Below are positions 1 to 13,600 of a DNA stretch of 64,000 nucleotides, piece by piece. Numbering within the stretch: the first letter of the stretch is position 1; every line of letters begins with the position of its first letter. The position numbers and the translations under genes are program-made. The DNA is taken from assembly GCF_037042905.1 (NCBI RefSeq), contig NC_087246.1, forward strand, positions 51,460,001 to 51,524,000. Reading direction: 5' to 3'. Origin of the DNA: Lytechinus pictus (Eukaryota). The notes below the pieces were generated by a model. The model was given only the letters and a program-made list of their open reading frames with translations, was not told the DNA's origin and searched no databases.

Positions 1-432
1 ATTTCTAATTGTTACAAAGTGAAACAAAGTTTGATTTCCCCCTGAATAGGTGGTATTGCTATTGCTGTAACCTACTGTGATTTGATGAAGAGTGTATGTT
101 TTTATTGTCAAATTTGAAACAAAAAATCAAACAATAAAATACAAAAGAAATAGTAAATGAGTGACATTGTTAACTTTCTCAATTGCATATAACTGTGTTA
201 TGCATAATAAAAATAATAACAGCTGAGGAAACAATGCACTGCTATTATTACCCCGGCTATAGCCGTGCTGCCAACAGGCGCATAACTGTTTGGGGGAAAA
301 TAAGCGAAATTTTAAAATGTCTTAAGTAACCGTATATTACATTTAACTTTGATGAAATTATCAGTGTTGTGCTAGTTTGATTTTTCTTCTTTTTCACTCA
401 AATCATCTATATGTTTTTTATGTGGCCTTGTC
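1..432. mobile_element. Partial, degenerate Kolobok/T2-like MITE
   Basis: Matches the right half of the 36862-37435 family (aagcgaaattttaaaatgtc..gatgaaatt..gtggccttgtccc). Confidence 0.6.
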
Positions 433-1211
433 CCTAATCTGAATTTCGGTCTTAAATAAAGTATGTGGAGAGCTGGAGTTGGTAATCTAGCTCAAATAAA
501 GCAATTCAATCAAAATTTCTACTTTATTCCTGGTGATGTAAAGTATTAAATCATCAATAAAGCAAAGTAGCATCTGTATTCAAATAGGTGGACAACAAAA
601 ACAAAAACAAGGACAATAATACACAAGAAAACAACAATAAAAACAACAAATGACAAAACAAGATCAGGAACCAGGAGGAAATGAAAGAATAGTGAGGTGT
701 AATGACTGTAATCTATCAAAATTAGATCACCTCATTACAAAATCTAGTTGTAAAGCATATCAACGAGTCAATTTTCTCTGAGGGTAAACCTTGGTTTTAA
801 TAACATTTCATTCATATCTGTTGTCTACAGTCATTAACTCATTGGCTTGCTATGTAGAACTTCCACGATAGCATTTAGCATACACAATAAAATGACTACT
901 CCAATCAATAACAGCTAAATCAATAAGATGATTATTACTTGTCACAATTCTCACAACCTTGGCCAATGCAAATTATCGAAGGCCACTTCATGTAATTATA
1001 TGTATATGTGTATATATATAAATATATATATGTATAACTGTGACAATTACAACTTGAGCAGAATATGAAATATACCACTATGATATGGATTGTATACAGC
1101 ATACACATGTTACACTAAAAAGCAATCATAATAATTAATATTCTGATTTTTAATCCGATAGTGCCAATGCTCAAGGGGGGGAGGTAGCAAGATGAAATGA
1201 TAATGACTTAC

Positions 1212-1520
1212 CAGTGTTATAAATTGTGAGGTAATCCAGATTATAATCCAGTTAAAGAGATTCCATTTCAAATAGCTATTCCAGTAGAACACTGCATGCT
1301 GTCATAACTGCTACCCATGCAGTAAACACATCCAAGATTGAATCATAGGCCTAGGGCTAGGGCCATTCAAATCCATTCATCACTCCCTCGCATGCTGGCT
1401 GGCTGGCTGCCTGCGTAAGGTTCTCCGTACAAAAGCCACCGCTGGCTGTCGTCGCTACGAACGCCACTTCCTTGCCGATGAACTATGCGTATTCAAGCTT
1501 CCATTTCACACTCTCCCACA
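1212..1520 (-). other. Candidate alternative non-coding first exon
   Basis: Donor CTG|GTAAGT at 1211; CpG-rich block 1385-1600 upstream; only short uORFs; 5' end approximate. Confidence 0.3.
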
Positions 1521-3278
1521 CACGCACAATAGATGGGTAGCTTAACGAGTGCTTGCTTTGTTGGCATAGAGTGTGTTCATACAGCGTAACCTACTTTCAT
1601 TCCTACTCGGGTCAATAGGGCCATATGAACAGGTCCCATGTATTCAAAGCATTGAGTAAGTAGGAAATATAGGAGCTACATCATGACCCCTTTAATGGCA
1701 TTAAAATTAATAAACAAATACCCTTTAAGCAATATCAAGTTAATAAGCTTTTAAAAAAGTTTTATCAATGAAGAATATGAAAAGAAATATGACCAATGCC
1801 CCCGCCCCCATTAAATGTATTGTTAGGCTAAACCACAGCGACATTCGTTCAATTTTTATAAAAACATAAATTTTATGTTATTTGATGGTCATTATGTGAT
1901 CATGACTGTTATATTCATGTATCTGGTCATGTTCATTGCTCAATGCAGAGGTGTAAGCAAACTCGAAACTGACAAGTCGTCTGATATAGCAACAAGAAGC
2001 TGTCCCACACTGCCCTTAAGCTGATCGTAACCTAAGATTTGTAAGTTGTCAGAGTAAAAATTTTCACTCTTTTCATTAGCAACATCATTACAAAGCAGAG
2101 ATATCAAAATTCAAAAAGTGTGTCTAGATTCTAGAATTCCTTGATTTCATATAACTATGTTATCATTCTGCATTTGATTTTCTTTCTTCTTTTTTTTTTT
2201 GGTTGATGTTGTTCTTATATTCTTATCTTTCTGGTTCCAAAACCACAACTCTCTGTGTTTGCAGGACTGTAAATTCCACTCTGGGTAAATTCCTAGATGT
2301 TTTTTAAATCTATTTCCTTTCCTTTAAAAAAACATATATATTTCCTAATAACAGTATAAATGTCAGACATTTCTTGAAGTAAATAGATGAGATGATTGAG
2401 GCAAGTTCAGCAATACTGCAGAAAGGATTAAGATGACACTCTTACCATTTCCATAATATTGTATTGAATTAAATTGCTTATTTCTCTTTGGTATGAACAT
2501 ATTCACCTGTATGAGACATATATCATTGACATTCCATATCAATGGCTTGACCAAACTATTATGTTTCTTTTCAATACTACCCATCCGTGACACCCCATGT
2601 GAGGACATGTAGTCTCAGTAATCAGTCTCTATTCAATTACTCCAGAGTCAAAAATTCCTCCTTTTTTCACATTATTGATGAATGAGGAAAATCCAAATTC
2701 ATCTTTAGATTTAACTTCCAAAAGTATCAGTACAGGTGAAATATCTATATTTTGATGATTAGATAACGAAGGGGGAAATTACATGCGGAATATCTTATAA
2801 ATCTCATACAAAATTTTTAAAAAGAACAAAAAAAATAGGTTTACCTCCTACCCCCCCCCCCAAAAAAAAAGGAGTGAAAGTGTGTATGCCCTTAAAAAAT
2901 AATTTTAGCCCTGTATAAGAAATTTTAGTGTAAGTAATCTATACAGACTTCTTATTTAGGGGGATGTCCCTAATATACTGTGCATATTTCATAGACTAGT
3001 TGATAATTGTGAGGATAATACCCTATTTCTATTGTTAAAGTACCATTCAAAAGGAGGGAGGGGTCTAATTTGGGCCAGGTACATTCATCACTTTGTTTAC
3101 TGTTACCGAAAAATGGAAGAGTCTGCCCAACATGAAAATGATTTGATTCAACAGAAATGATATTAATTAATAAATGAATATATGATCAACTACTTGAATA
3201 AATGAGTAAATAAACATTAGATGAATTTATCAATCAATCCATTCATTATTGAATGATGAAACATATAGCTTTAAAAAG

Positions 3279-3695
3279 GTACTCACATATATTGGTGGTA
3301 TGGGGACGTGCCGCTTTGATGACCCCGTTTTTCAGACCTAATTTTCAGTTGTCATACTCTGAATGACAAAATTCCATTCAGAAGCCGCCAGGGCCGCCCC
3401 GCTCGCAAGACCCCCGTTACGAAACATCTCAGTTCCCTTGCCCTGCCAAAATTGTCCAGCGCGAGCTTCGCTTGCAAGAGCTGCACGCACGGCTTCACAA
3501 CTCCCAATGCTAGCGCCCATATACATGCCCAGCGCTAGCGTGCACCGTACCTACTGTACCACGATCCCGTTCCGTAGACCGTTTTTCACACTGCCCAGTA
3601 TATATTTAGTTCCCATGATCCCGTATTTTACCCTTGGGGTCAGTTCCTTAGACCTCCATTTCAGAAAAAACAATTTGAGTGCCCCCCCCCCCCGG
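3279..3695. mobile_element. GC-rich non-autonomous DNA element with poly-C/CCGG end
   Basis: GC island ending gagtgccccccccccccgg and starting gtactca; same end type as 22643-23071; explains the spurious 140-aa ORF. Confidence 0.45.
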
Positions 3696-4636
3696 CATCA
3701 ACTAGAAAGTAAATCAAATAACACAATACATATACATTTTGTAAACAAAGGAAACAAAAGAGAGAAGGAGGGGAGAGTGATATGAAATGGAGAAAAAAAA
3801 TGAATTTGAAGGTTTATCAGTAAAGAAATATACAATGTGAAATTTTCCTATAAACCCTTTCAAAATGGATATATTTTCTGCTTATAGGTTTCAAAGAATC
3901 TACAAGTTTATAAAATATAAATAGATTAACAAACACAAGATGACATGCCTAAGTCAATGATGCAAGTTTTAATTTCATTAATCAGAACATAAAACAACAT
4001 TCATAAGGGTGACAAGCAGATAACTGCAGAAATGACATGTCCTACATGAGTAGGAAAAATAAGTACTCATTGATGGCCAAGACCATCCAAACTTAAGGCT
4101 CAGGACAAGTACCATCAATCAACTCAGAAATTGGATATGTTTGATAAATGAGATTAAAGGAAGATTACAACAAACATGATCACAAAAAAGACCTCAACAA
4201 ATCGATTATGAGGGGGGACTCTTCATGTCATTGTTTTACAATTTATTAATTGGTGTAGACTGTAGATATTGATTCCGATGCTTTCCTTACTGCTGACCAA
4301 TTTTTTCTACAAATATTCTTTGATTTTTCTATCCTCACACAAGCTAACTTTTCTTTCCAAGGGTTTCCTTCTTATTTAAGAATAAAATTAAATATTTGCT
4401 CAATGTACTTCTCACACTCCATGCATTCTCTCAAAAATGTTTAAAAGAAACAAAGTCAAGTTCATGTAGAATAATTATCTCAACAATACTGTCGTGAAGC
4501 TTGTACAAGAAGAACTTGTTGCAAGCTCTTACTTTTGGAATTATGCTGTAATTTGTCCAAAGAGGGAGCTGTTGAAGTATTAATTGTCATCTGCTTGACA
4601 GTTGGCTGTCCTGTAAGCTTGATTCAGAGCCATTAA

Positions 4637-5230
4637 AGGGGAATCCAACCCAAATAAAAACTTGTTTTTATAAGAAAAAGAAAATTCAGACAAGTTGATA
4701 GGTGAAAGTTTGAGCAATATTGGACAAACAACAAGAAAGTTATAAATTTTTAAAAGTTGTAAATATTGGTAATCATTATACCCATGGAGACTTCAAATTG
4801 GCCGCATATGGGATGTCATAGTGATGTAAGGCAAGGACTACTCTTCCAAGTACTCCAATACATATTATGGCTAAAATGTCATTTTTCCCAAAAGTTTTAT
4901 TTCAAATTATATTTTTCTTTCATGAGGACATTAAACAATATACTACCTGGGTTATATTTAGATTACTGCCCCAGGGGAATGGGTACTTAGCAGAAAACCA
5001 CAAATCCTGATAATAAAGTACATGGCCTATGGGAAAGTTGTCCTTACCCCTTGTCATAATTTACTTACCCAGTTGCCAATTTGAAATCTACATACTATTA
5101 GTGATCTCAATTTTAAAGCAGCTATAACTTTCTTATTGTTTGTCCGATTTCTTTCAAACTTTCACCATTCTGTTTAATCTATTTTTCTCCTTCCCAACAC
5201 AAAATTTTATGGCCAAGGCTGGATTCCCCT
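4637..5230. mobile_element. Kolobok/T2-like MITE
   Basis: TTAA|aggggaatccaacc ... ggctggattcccct|TTAA. Confidence 0.85.
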
Positions 5231-5234
5231 TTAA

Positions 5235-5702
5235 AGGTCAAGTCCACCCCAGAAAAAAGTTGATTTTAATAGAGACAAATCAAACCAACATAACGCTGAA
5301 AATATCATCAAAATCAGATGAAAAATAAGAAAGTTATGACATTTAAAAATTTTGACTTATTTTTCACCAAAAAATTATATGCACATCTCAGTGACATGCA
5401 AATGAGAGAGTCAATGATGTCTCTCACTCACTATTTCTTTTATTATTTTTTTTTTATTGTTTGAATAAAAAAATATTTCAATGTTAACAGATCTGATATA
5501 AAGACCAACTTGAATGAACCATAAAACATTTAAACAATGGTAATTCCACATGTTCAGGGAGAAATCCAACTCTGTTTTACAGAAGAATGTCAGAACTTTC
5601 TTATTTTACATTCCATTTTGATGAAATTTTTAGTGTTTAATATGCTTGTTTGATTTGTCTCTTTTTAATCAAATCAACTTTTTGTTGGAATGGACGTGTC
5701 CT
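5235..5702. mobile_element. Kolobok/T2-like MITE (AGGWCAAGTCCACCCC family)
   Basis: TTAA|aggtcaagtccacccc ... tggacgtgtcct|TTAA; shares the TTAA at 5231-5234 with the preceding element. Confidence 0.85.
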
Positions 5703-6895
5703 TTAATAGAGAGTTTGGCCAACCCAGTTTCAATGGATCACTGTGAACATGGAATAATAATTTCTTTTAAATTGGGCTTGCCTAACGAGGCATTATGTTG
5801 GTAACCCACTGAAACCAGGTGACCAAACTCTCTAGATATTAATGGTTCTCAGTGTGGTATTGTACCATCTACCTCCATGGTTCCATAAAGCTGTGTAAAC
5901 GTTTTATTCATGACTGGTAATTTGTCCTTGGGTGCCATGTATCAATTCTCAATCATCTCTATTATAATCTACTAAAATATAAATCCATTCTTTTTTATCT
6001 TCTTTTTTCTTCAATTATCATCTGAATGCAAAGATTATAGGCCTAATTTGTTGAAAAAGTAACCGGAAAAATTACTCCTAATATGATAAAAGTTTAAAAA
6101 CCGGGAAAAAGGAGCTCTGCAGTTTAAAATAGGTCACTGGTTATGTCTGAGGTTGTGTATAACTCATGAACAGCTCTTATGAAACTGTTTGTATAGAAAG
6201 CTGTTCAAGTATAAAATTGGTGAGCAAATATTGACTCTGACAACCCATAAATTATTTTGAGTACAAGTATAATACTGTTTTTCTCACAGAGCTCTAATTA
6301 TTTTGAGAGATAAGGGGGATCCTGGTAGCTAAGTTCCTTCAAAAAAACCTTTGTGAAAACTTGTAAATCAGAGAATATGAGCTATATATCAACAAATGTA
6401 GAAATTAAAAAAAAAACATATTTTTCAAAGAACTGTAAGAAAATTTTAAAGGTATTTTTCAAAGATTTCTTTTTTTTCATAAAAGATCACGTTTTGACTG
6501 TATTTTGCTATGTGTAATTCCAACCTTCATCGATTACTTGGATCTTTGGGTGACTTTCTGTTTGTCTCATTGTGAATCCATCAAGAGCTTCTTTAAATTT
6601 GTTTTTATCACATCCCAAATATAGGAAATTATGCTGCTATGAGGGGGATGCCCCATAGATTCCAGCTGATGAAAATAATAATAAATATATAAATAATTAA
6701 TTAAAACTCAGTGCGCATATTATTTGGCCAACACCTCCGTGTTTTGAAAATATGAAAATTTGTTTACAAATTTTCATTCTGTACCTGTCATTCTGAAGCA
6801 AAATATATAATTTCAGGATCACCAGAGAAAGACTGATCAAACTCATAACTTTTCTCATTTCGAAATCGATTTTGAGGTACAACTTTTTTGTTATA

Positions 6896-7154
6896 CCCCT
6901 TTCATAAACCCAATTATGCGGCTAATAGCAGCATAATTTGGTCGTAAAATCGGAGGAGGACCAGAGTTATCCGCATTATTTTGATGCTGCAATTTTCCGC
7001 ATAATAGCGGCATCGGGACCAGATTTTGACTTTATGAACGCATTTCCAAATATTGCGGATAATTGCCGTGGTGCGGTCACAAGGTCACCCTTTTCCAACA
7101 CAACCGCATCGGAGGGGGCGTATGCAGTTGTCATGACGATTATCCGCCTTTTTC
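6896..7154 (+). mobile_element. Truncated copy of the 375-bp CCCCTTTCATAAACCC MITE
   Basis: Near-identical to the first ~260 bp of 57410-57784. Confidence 0.85.
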
Positions 7155-8658
7155 AACTTTGGGTTCCATTTTCCTTTATCTGGCTTTTTCCTACATTATC
7201 TCTAGATTCTTAAATAAGCAAAACAGAAGGAGAATTTCTGGGGGAAAATCAATCTTTTTGGCCTTTGGTCTTGGAGGCCTTCACACCTAGTGAATATTTG
7301 GTTCAATGCTGTGACCTACACTTGCCTACAAGATTCCATAAAATACTTTTTTTTCAAAGTCAGGTCAACCCTTAGCAGCCAGGTTGAACCAAACAATCAA
7401 ACTAGCTTCCATTAATGATTAATGTTGTACCGATTTCCTCCTGTCTGAACAGGGCCATCAGACAATACTAAATATGGAGCATGACCTCGACATCGACCTC
7501 TGTAATGATGACCTCATATCAATTGAATTAAAGCAAATCAGCATGGAACCGTTATACAAGACATCAACATCTCATTTTGAGTTGACATATGAAGGCTACA
7601 AACAAGCTTCTTGGCCTTCTACTGGATTCTTCAATGGTCAGTTACAATGTCAGAATAGACATCTATTTCTATCCAACCAACAAAGCAAAGATGATTGTGA
7701 CGAATACTGCATGCTATTGCTATTAAAGGTGAATGATGAGGTATCGTCATATCTCCCATGCTCATCACATGCAGAATTTATTCTTTTACTTTTGTTTAAA
7801 ACATCAACGATCTGAATGATCATGATTCATGGATTTGTTTCCTAATAAAGTGATAAAGCATATATCAAAATGTCCAATACGACATGGCAGATTGATGTTT
7901 GAAGGGGCACATCACTTTTTACAAATGGGGGAGCCCTTTTTGTCTCGAAAGGGTATTTTTTTAAGTGGGCAACCCCACATGCAACATTCTGTAGCCCGTC
8001 TCATCCAATCATTTCAAGCAATCTTTTACAAGTTTGGATGAACTCACACAACATTCAAGCCTACCACAGGATCTCAATTACTAGATGCTTTCACTGTCTT
8101 ATTAGCCTATATTGTCTACTGCTTTGGTGGGAAAACGAAATTGATGTTTTTCAACAATCCCTCAAATAAGTAGAAATGGAGCATGTTTTTCGTGAACTTT
8201 TTCGTCATTCATATTTTACGCATAAGGTCTCATATGAAAGATGAAAAGATGGATATTCAAGTTATGAACTTTATTCTCCAAATATTTTGCAGAAAAAGCA
8301 AGAAAAATTCACTCAAAATTGTCATTTGCTTGTACAAATGAAAATTTGGTAGCACCACTTTCCATTGTTCTGACTCAGTCATGCCTGCAATATGAACGTT
8401 GAAATTTGCCTCAAATGAAAGAAGAGAAGCACATCTCTCCATTCATGTACATCTCATGAAGCAAATTTTTATCACGACAGCAAATTTTTTTTTTTACTTA
8501 AAGCGAATTATGGTTTCATTTTTGTTTCTGGGACGTACTGTATAACAGGCCATTTACTATTACCATCATCATCACTCTCCCCCACCCCCGCCCCCCCCCT
8601 CTTCCTCCTCCTCCTCATCATCATCATTCATGTGACATTTTATAATGAATTAAAATGC

Positions 8659-8843
8659 CTGGTGGGTGTTTCATAAAGCTGTTCGTACGTTAAGAGCGAC
8701 TTTAAGAACGACTGGTGATCCTTTCTTACACACTAAATAATCACCAACATATAACGGTGAACATCATTTAACGCAAGAAAGGATCACCGGTCGTTCTTAA
8801 AGTGGCTCTTAACTTACGAACAGCTTTATGAAACGAGCCCCTG
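8659..8843. mobile_element. ~185-bp palindromic MITE (uninterrupted copy)
   Basis: Arms gtttcataaagctgttcgtacgttaagagcgactttaagaacgactggtgatcctttctt and its reverse complement; homologous to 39692-40475. Confidence 0.85.
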
Positions 8844-9049
8844 TCAAGTTATTTTTTTAATGTAAATTGAGTGCAATTCAGTCACTGGCTGCAAAAAAAA
8901 ACCCTGAATAATAACATCTTCATCACAATCATCATCGTCATCACTATCAACATCATGGCGATATGCTTACAACATGTTTCTTGTAGCGAACTGGTTCTGT
9001 CATCATTTCGCAGACATACTCCCAATCACCGTCCACTATCACAAGCTGA

Positions 9050-9660
9050 AGATGGTGCACATACGATGACATTCCTTCGGGATCCTACGACTCCTTTCAT
9101 CAAATCTTATTCAAAGTGAATACAGTCACTCCAATACAACAAATAAAGTTCCGAGATTTGAACGTAGACTTATAGAAGCTATTAAATAGTCTCATATTTC
9201 TCTAGTTCGTCTTCAAAGCGGATATCTCCTCAATTCCCTAAGCCTTTCATCCACGAGATATCCTACTGGACAGGATTCTCTGGTTATACAAATAAAATTC
9301 TCGGGTCATATATTTCCTTCGTGACCAATCACAAGATTTGTTGTAAAATTTGTAAAAAGTAAGCCACCTCAGTTTGTAAGATCACATTTAATCCTTAATT
9401 TCCATTTCATGACATGCCTGTTTCTTGTGACTTAGAATTCTAGGAACTGATGGTGAAAAAGATGCATAAATGTTTACATTACAACCTCCAACAAATAGGA
9501 TTTTGACGAATTTCAGAGCCACATTCAGGAAATTCCGTTGACGTGAATGTAGTTTATTCAGTTCTGTATCACTTAATCCTGTGAAAAAGAACTGCATTTA
9601 TCACAGAGCTCAGGTAGAATCAATCCCTTTGCAATACGAGTAGTTTCCTGAACTTGTCCA
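9050..9660 (-). mobile_element. Degenerate LINE (CR1/L2-like) RT C-terminal remnant
   Basis: Frameshifted LILPEL..KCSS/FFTGLSDTELNKLHSRQ resembles the LI.P.LDYC.S...GL....L.KLQ..Q region of CR1/L2 ORF2; boundaries approximate. Confidence 0.35.
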
Positions 9661-9769
9661 CACAGTAACCCTTTTTTTTCCCTTTTTTTTTAAATCATGT
9701 AAATAGCTTGTTGATTTGTTTGATTTGTACACAGTAACCCTTTTGAGCAAATGCCAATGATTTCTTTAC

Positions 9770-9814
9770 CAAATCCAGACAGCATTCTTCCGTCACATGA
9801 CTCGAAGTTGTCAT
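9770..9814 (-). CDS. Candidate alternative first coding exon (MTTSSHVTEECCLDL), phase 0
   Basis: ATG at 9814, 15 codons, donor TTG|GTAAAG; same exit phase as the 11656 exon; CpG-containing promoter-like DNA upstream. Confidence 0.3.
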
Positions 9815-10429
9815 GATCTATCTAGCTTCGGTTTCATTCCATAAATATCATCAGGAAATTCAGGAAAATTCCTTCAAAATAAAGGAAGATATTTCCAAGC
9901 CGGAAAATGAAATCAATCCAACAAAAATGCAAGACTTTCTCCCCGCCTCCATTCCGTCTTCCATGCAGTATAACAATGAAAATCATCAATATCTATCCCA
10001 TCACAGTGATCAGTTTCACTCAGAAATTTCCCAGAAAAGGCAAGTCTGAAACGGGGCCAAGTCCAAAGTTCCTGCGCATGCATGCGCAAAAACCACAGAG
10101 AAGGGATCAAAAACCCTAAAAGGATCATGTTCTTCTGATGGCCAGAGATAAGATGGGACAGAGCCTTTCGAGTTACCATGGAAACCTCATAACAAGTATG
10201 TTCCATCTATTATCACAATGATAATATGATACTCTATGACATCACCATCATCATCATCATACATGAAGAAAAAAAAAACATAGATGGCACAGAAGGATCA
10301 AACTACATTATTCAACATTGCATTATTGTTTCGAAGATCACATGAACTACTGTAAGCCACAATATCCATCCAAATGAAGTATATCCACATAAAATATCAA
10401 AGAGTTTATTTCAGTTTACTAGTTCACAA

Positions 10430-10859
10430 CACTAGCGTACCTACGGGGGGGGGGGGGGGCAGGGGGGCACTCTGCCCCCCCTGACGAGCCACAACCCATA
10501 CAAAATTTTTTTTTTTTTTCAATTTGTTTCCCCTCCACAGGGATTTTATTATTATTCAAAACATAACAAGATATCTTTTCAATGACAAATCAAATTAATA
10601 ACAACGAAATACAATACAACCCATACAAAATACATATCACTGCCCCCCCTGACGAACTTGAAGACCTTTATTGCCCCCCCTGACGAGCTTGAAGACCTTT
10701 TTTTTTTTTTTTTTTTTTGCTTGTCAATATTTTTTCTGGTACAATAAGCTTTATTTTTGATTGAAGACCTTTTTTTTTTTTTTTTTTTTTTTTTTTGCTT
10801 GTCAATTTTTTTGGCGGCCGATTTTGCCCCCCCTGTGGAAAATCCTAGGTACGCCGGTG
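10430..10859. mobile_element. hAT-like MITE with 8-bp TSD
   Basis: GTTCACAA|cactagcgtacctacgg ... cctaggtacgccggtg|GTTCACAA; internal poly-G/poly-T and repeated cccccctgacga. Confidence 0.85.
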
Positions 10860-11655
10860 GTTCACAATATTCATAAGTTGCTATGTTTACAATCGGAATA
10901 CAATGGTTTTGCTTTCTTTTACGTAGCAAGGAAATGCTGAAGTGGAAATTTGGTGATATTGAACTTGAAAGATAAAACAATCCCAAAATTCAGAACTTGT
11001 AACTACTTTTCCAGAATATTCATATCATACATGTATGTGAAAAGCATTTCATGACCATTAGACAGTCAGCTCTTTCGGAGACTCCATGTCTAAGTCTTTG
11101 CATCATGGATACCATGTGAATCTTTAAACCCATTAACAGATATTGATCATCATCATTGTGCACGTTGCAATGCTTTTACTGGCCACATAATATCTAGGTC
11201 AATACAGAAAAAACAATCAATATGATTATTAAAGAGTGCAATCATCTAAAAGTAATCATTTATGTAAACTAATTTATGGGTAATTTTTTGTTCGAAGAGA
11301 AACTGCCTAAAGCAACCACATGAATCACAATTGAATATTATTTTGCAATTCACTTTCAATTTCACTTTGAACACAAAAGAGTCTAGAGAATAGACTATTT
11401 CAATGCATAGAATACTTTGGAAAGCGATGTTTTTTGTTGTCCTTGTTATAATTGAAAGTATATAATTTCTGCTATTCCATGATAACTTGGTCACTCTGCA
11501 AAAAGAATTGAATCATATTATAACATTCAAAGTGAGATATTAATTCTTCTTAGCTGTAATGTAATATTTTTTCTATTATTTGGTACTTTTTTTGCTGCAC
11601 CATTGTCCATCAAGTAGTTATACAGAAATGAAACAATTTCAACTGAACGACTTAC

Positions 11656-11772
11656 CGCCAAGAAAGGATCCGACGGAACATCGTCGCGGAAACCTGCAAA
11701 CGAATTGCTGCGGAGGAGACTGGAGTGAATGGATGACCTTTGACTCCTGCGTCCCGTCAGCGACCCAGACAT
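11656..11772 (-). CDS. N-terminal coding exon of a second gene, possibly RIPOR/FAM65 family; the gene would continue beyond the window's left end
   Basis: Acceptor tattacctag at 11787, donor GCG|GTAAGT at 11655, locally GC-rich. MSGSLTGRRSQRSSIHSSLLRSNSFAGFRDDVPSDPFLA; RSNSFAGF resembles the RSQSFAG(F/V) motif of vertebrate RIPOR1/2 (recalled, not searched). The frame stays open upstream to an ATG at 11883. Confidence 0.55.
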
Positions 11773-13169
11773 GTCCTGGAGTCGGCCTAGGTAATAGAAC
11801 ATGAGTTGAGATATGTGAGAGGTCGCGGCATGGTTGATCACGGATAGATGCCGGACTTTGATGTTACGCCTACGGGAAGACATCTTAAAATTACTAATTA
11901 AATGTTAAAAATGAGCGAAGAAAATTAAGTTTATACAGTTCAAGAAACAGAGTATGTTCCGTAATCAGTGATGCTTAGCAGCAATCATCATGTTGATAGT
12001 TTATAAAATGTTATATCCAAATATCTATATCTCTATATCACTTGGTGAGAAAAATGAGTCACATTCCACGCAGTAATGTTTCATGTACACACGGAGTTGG
12101 TTTAATAATTCAATCCGTCAGATGAAGAAACTAGCCATCAACATTGAAGTTCCAGCAGAATTTACCATTTGGAGTCGAGAGTATAAAATGAAGAGTTTGA
12201 TGGTTCAGTTCAATCACTGAGGTATAAAGAGAATTAGTCCTGGAGTAGAATTTATTACGAGCTGAAAACGATTTCAGACAAAGCGTTATCCATTAATCAA
12301 TTAATTCCAGATAGTAGATGGTTAGTCAATTCATATGGAATGAAGAAAGCTAGATTCACTAGAGCGATAAATCTCGATCACAGAGATTCTGATGTTCAAT
12401 TCAAGAAGCCGTATGTTTTAAATTCTCCTAACAACGATTGATACCAACTTCCAGAAAGGCAATACTATAATCTCTCCAATGGTTGTAAAATATATCTCAC
12501 TCATTACAAATACAAAATCTATGGCCAGGAGCGAAGTCAATATCATTGGCAAAGCGGTTGATTATTGCTTCAATATGTAGGCCTATATATGTATCTCCTC
12601 AAAAGCTTTTAATGAACCCCGGGTTCCACTACCTCCTCATGAAAATAGAATCATACTAGGACCATCACTGCCAACAAAAAGTTCCAAAGCAGTCCTTCAT
12701 CCGTCAATCAGTGCGACTTGAACAGGCAGTCGAAAAGATTCAATTAACATAGGTTCTCTTTCTCACACAAAGATTATGCGTAGGATGATGCCAGTGACGA
12801 TGATGAGATGCTGGGATGCACGGGATGAAATGCCGATTGATCTCAGAAAACATACATCTGAAGACTGCTGCAGTAAGCTCCCAAAACAAGAACTCAAGGA
12901 GTCATAACTATCCGATCATTAGTAGAAGGAATGTGACTTGAACTCAACACATGAGAATATCCTCCACTGTGCTTCGCCTGTAAATCATAATCCAATTGGT
13001 AATATACCAGTTCTCCAGTTTTGCCATCCCCGTCCACCAAACATGGCTTGAAAGGGAATGATCTTAGCAGACGAAGGGAGCAGGGAGCGTAACAAGCGGT
13101 TTTGTGACCTATTCCATCTCCTTCACCTGTCAGAGAACACCAAATTGAGTTACCATTCTCTAACCCTCG

Positions 13170-13600
13170 CACTCCCTCCATCTACCCCCCCCCCCCTCCC
13201 CCATATACTCTCTCTTTCTCTCTCCCTCTCTCTCTGGCTCTCTTTCTCTTTCTCTGGCTCTCCCTCTCTCACTAACACATTCTCTCTCTCCATGTTTTTT
13301 TTTCTCCTTTTATATCCTGATCCTAGGCATCTCTCTTTAATTGCTCTTTGAATACTGACCCCAGCTCCTCCCACATCCCTTCTTCGTTGTCTCCCCATTT
13401 CCATATCCTCTCCTTTTATCCCCTTTTCTATATTTTCTCCCACTTATCCCCCATCTATCCCTGTTTCTCTCCCCCTTTTCATATTTTACCCCCCCCCCCC
13501 CTCTCCTTTCCTTCTTGTCCCTCTTGCCCTTTCTCTCCCTACCTCTTGCTTATTCTGTCTCCCTTCTCTCTCACTTTTTTTTTTCTCTCTCTCCCTCCAT
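13170..13600. repeat. Polypyrimidine (CT-rich) low-complexity tract
   Basis: ~430 bp dominated by C/T on the + strand. Confidence 0.85.

Noticed and set aside
3363-3785. 140-aa GC-rich ORF
   Set aside because: Lies within a repeat-like element; no domain similarity or splice context
11626-11790. Plus-strand TSP1-like reading GGDWSEWMTFDSC..TC
   Set aside because: Weak acceptor and no partner exons; the antisense reading has stronger splice sites and a recognisable motif
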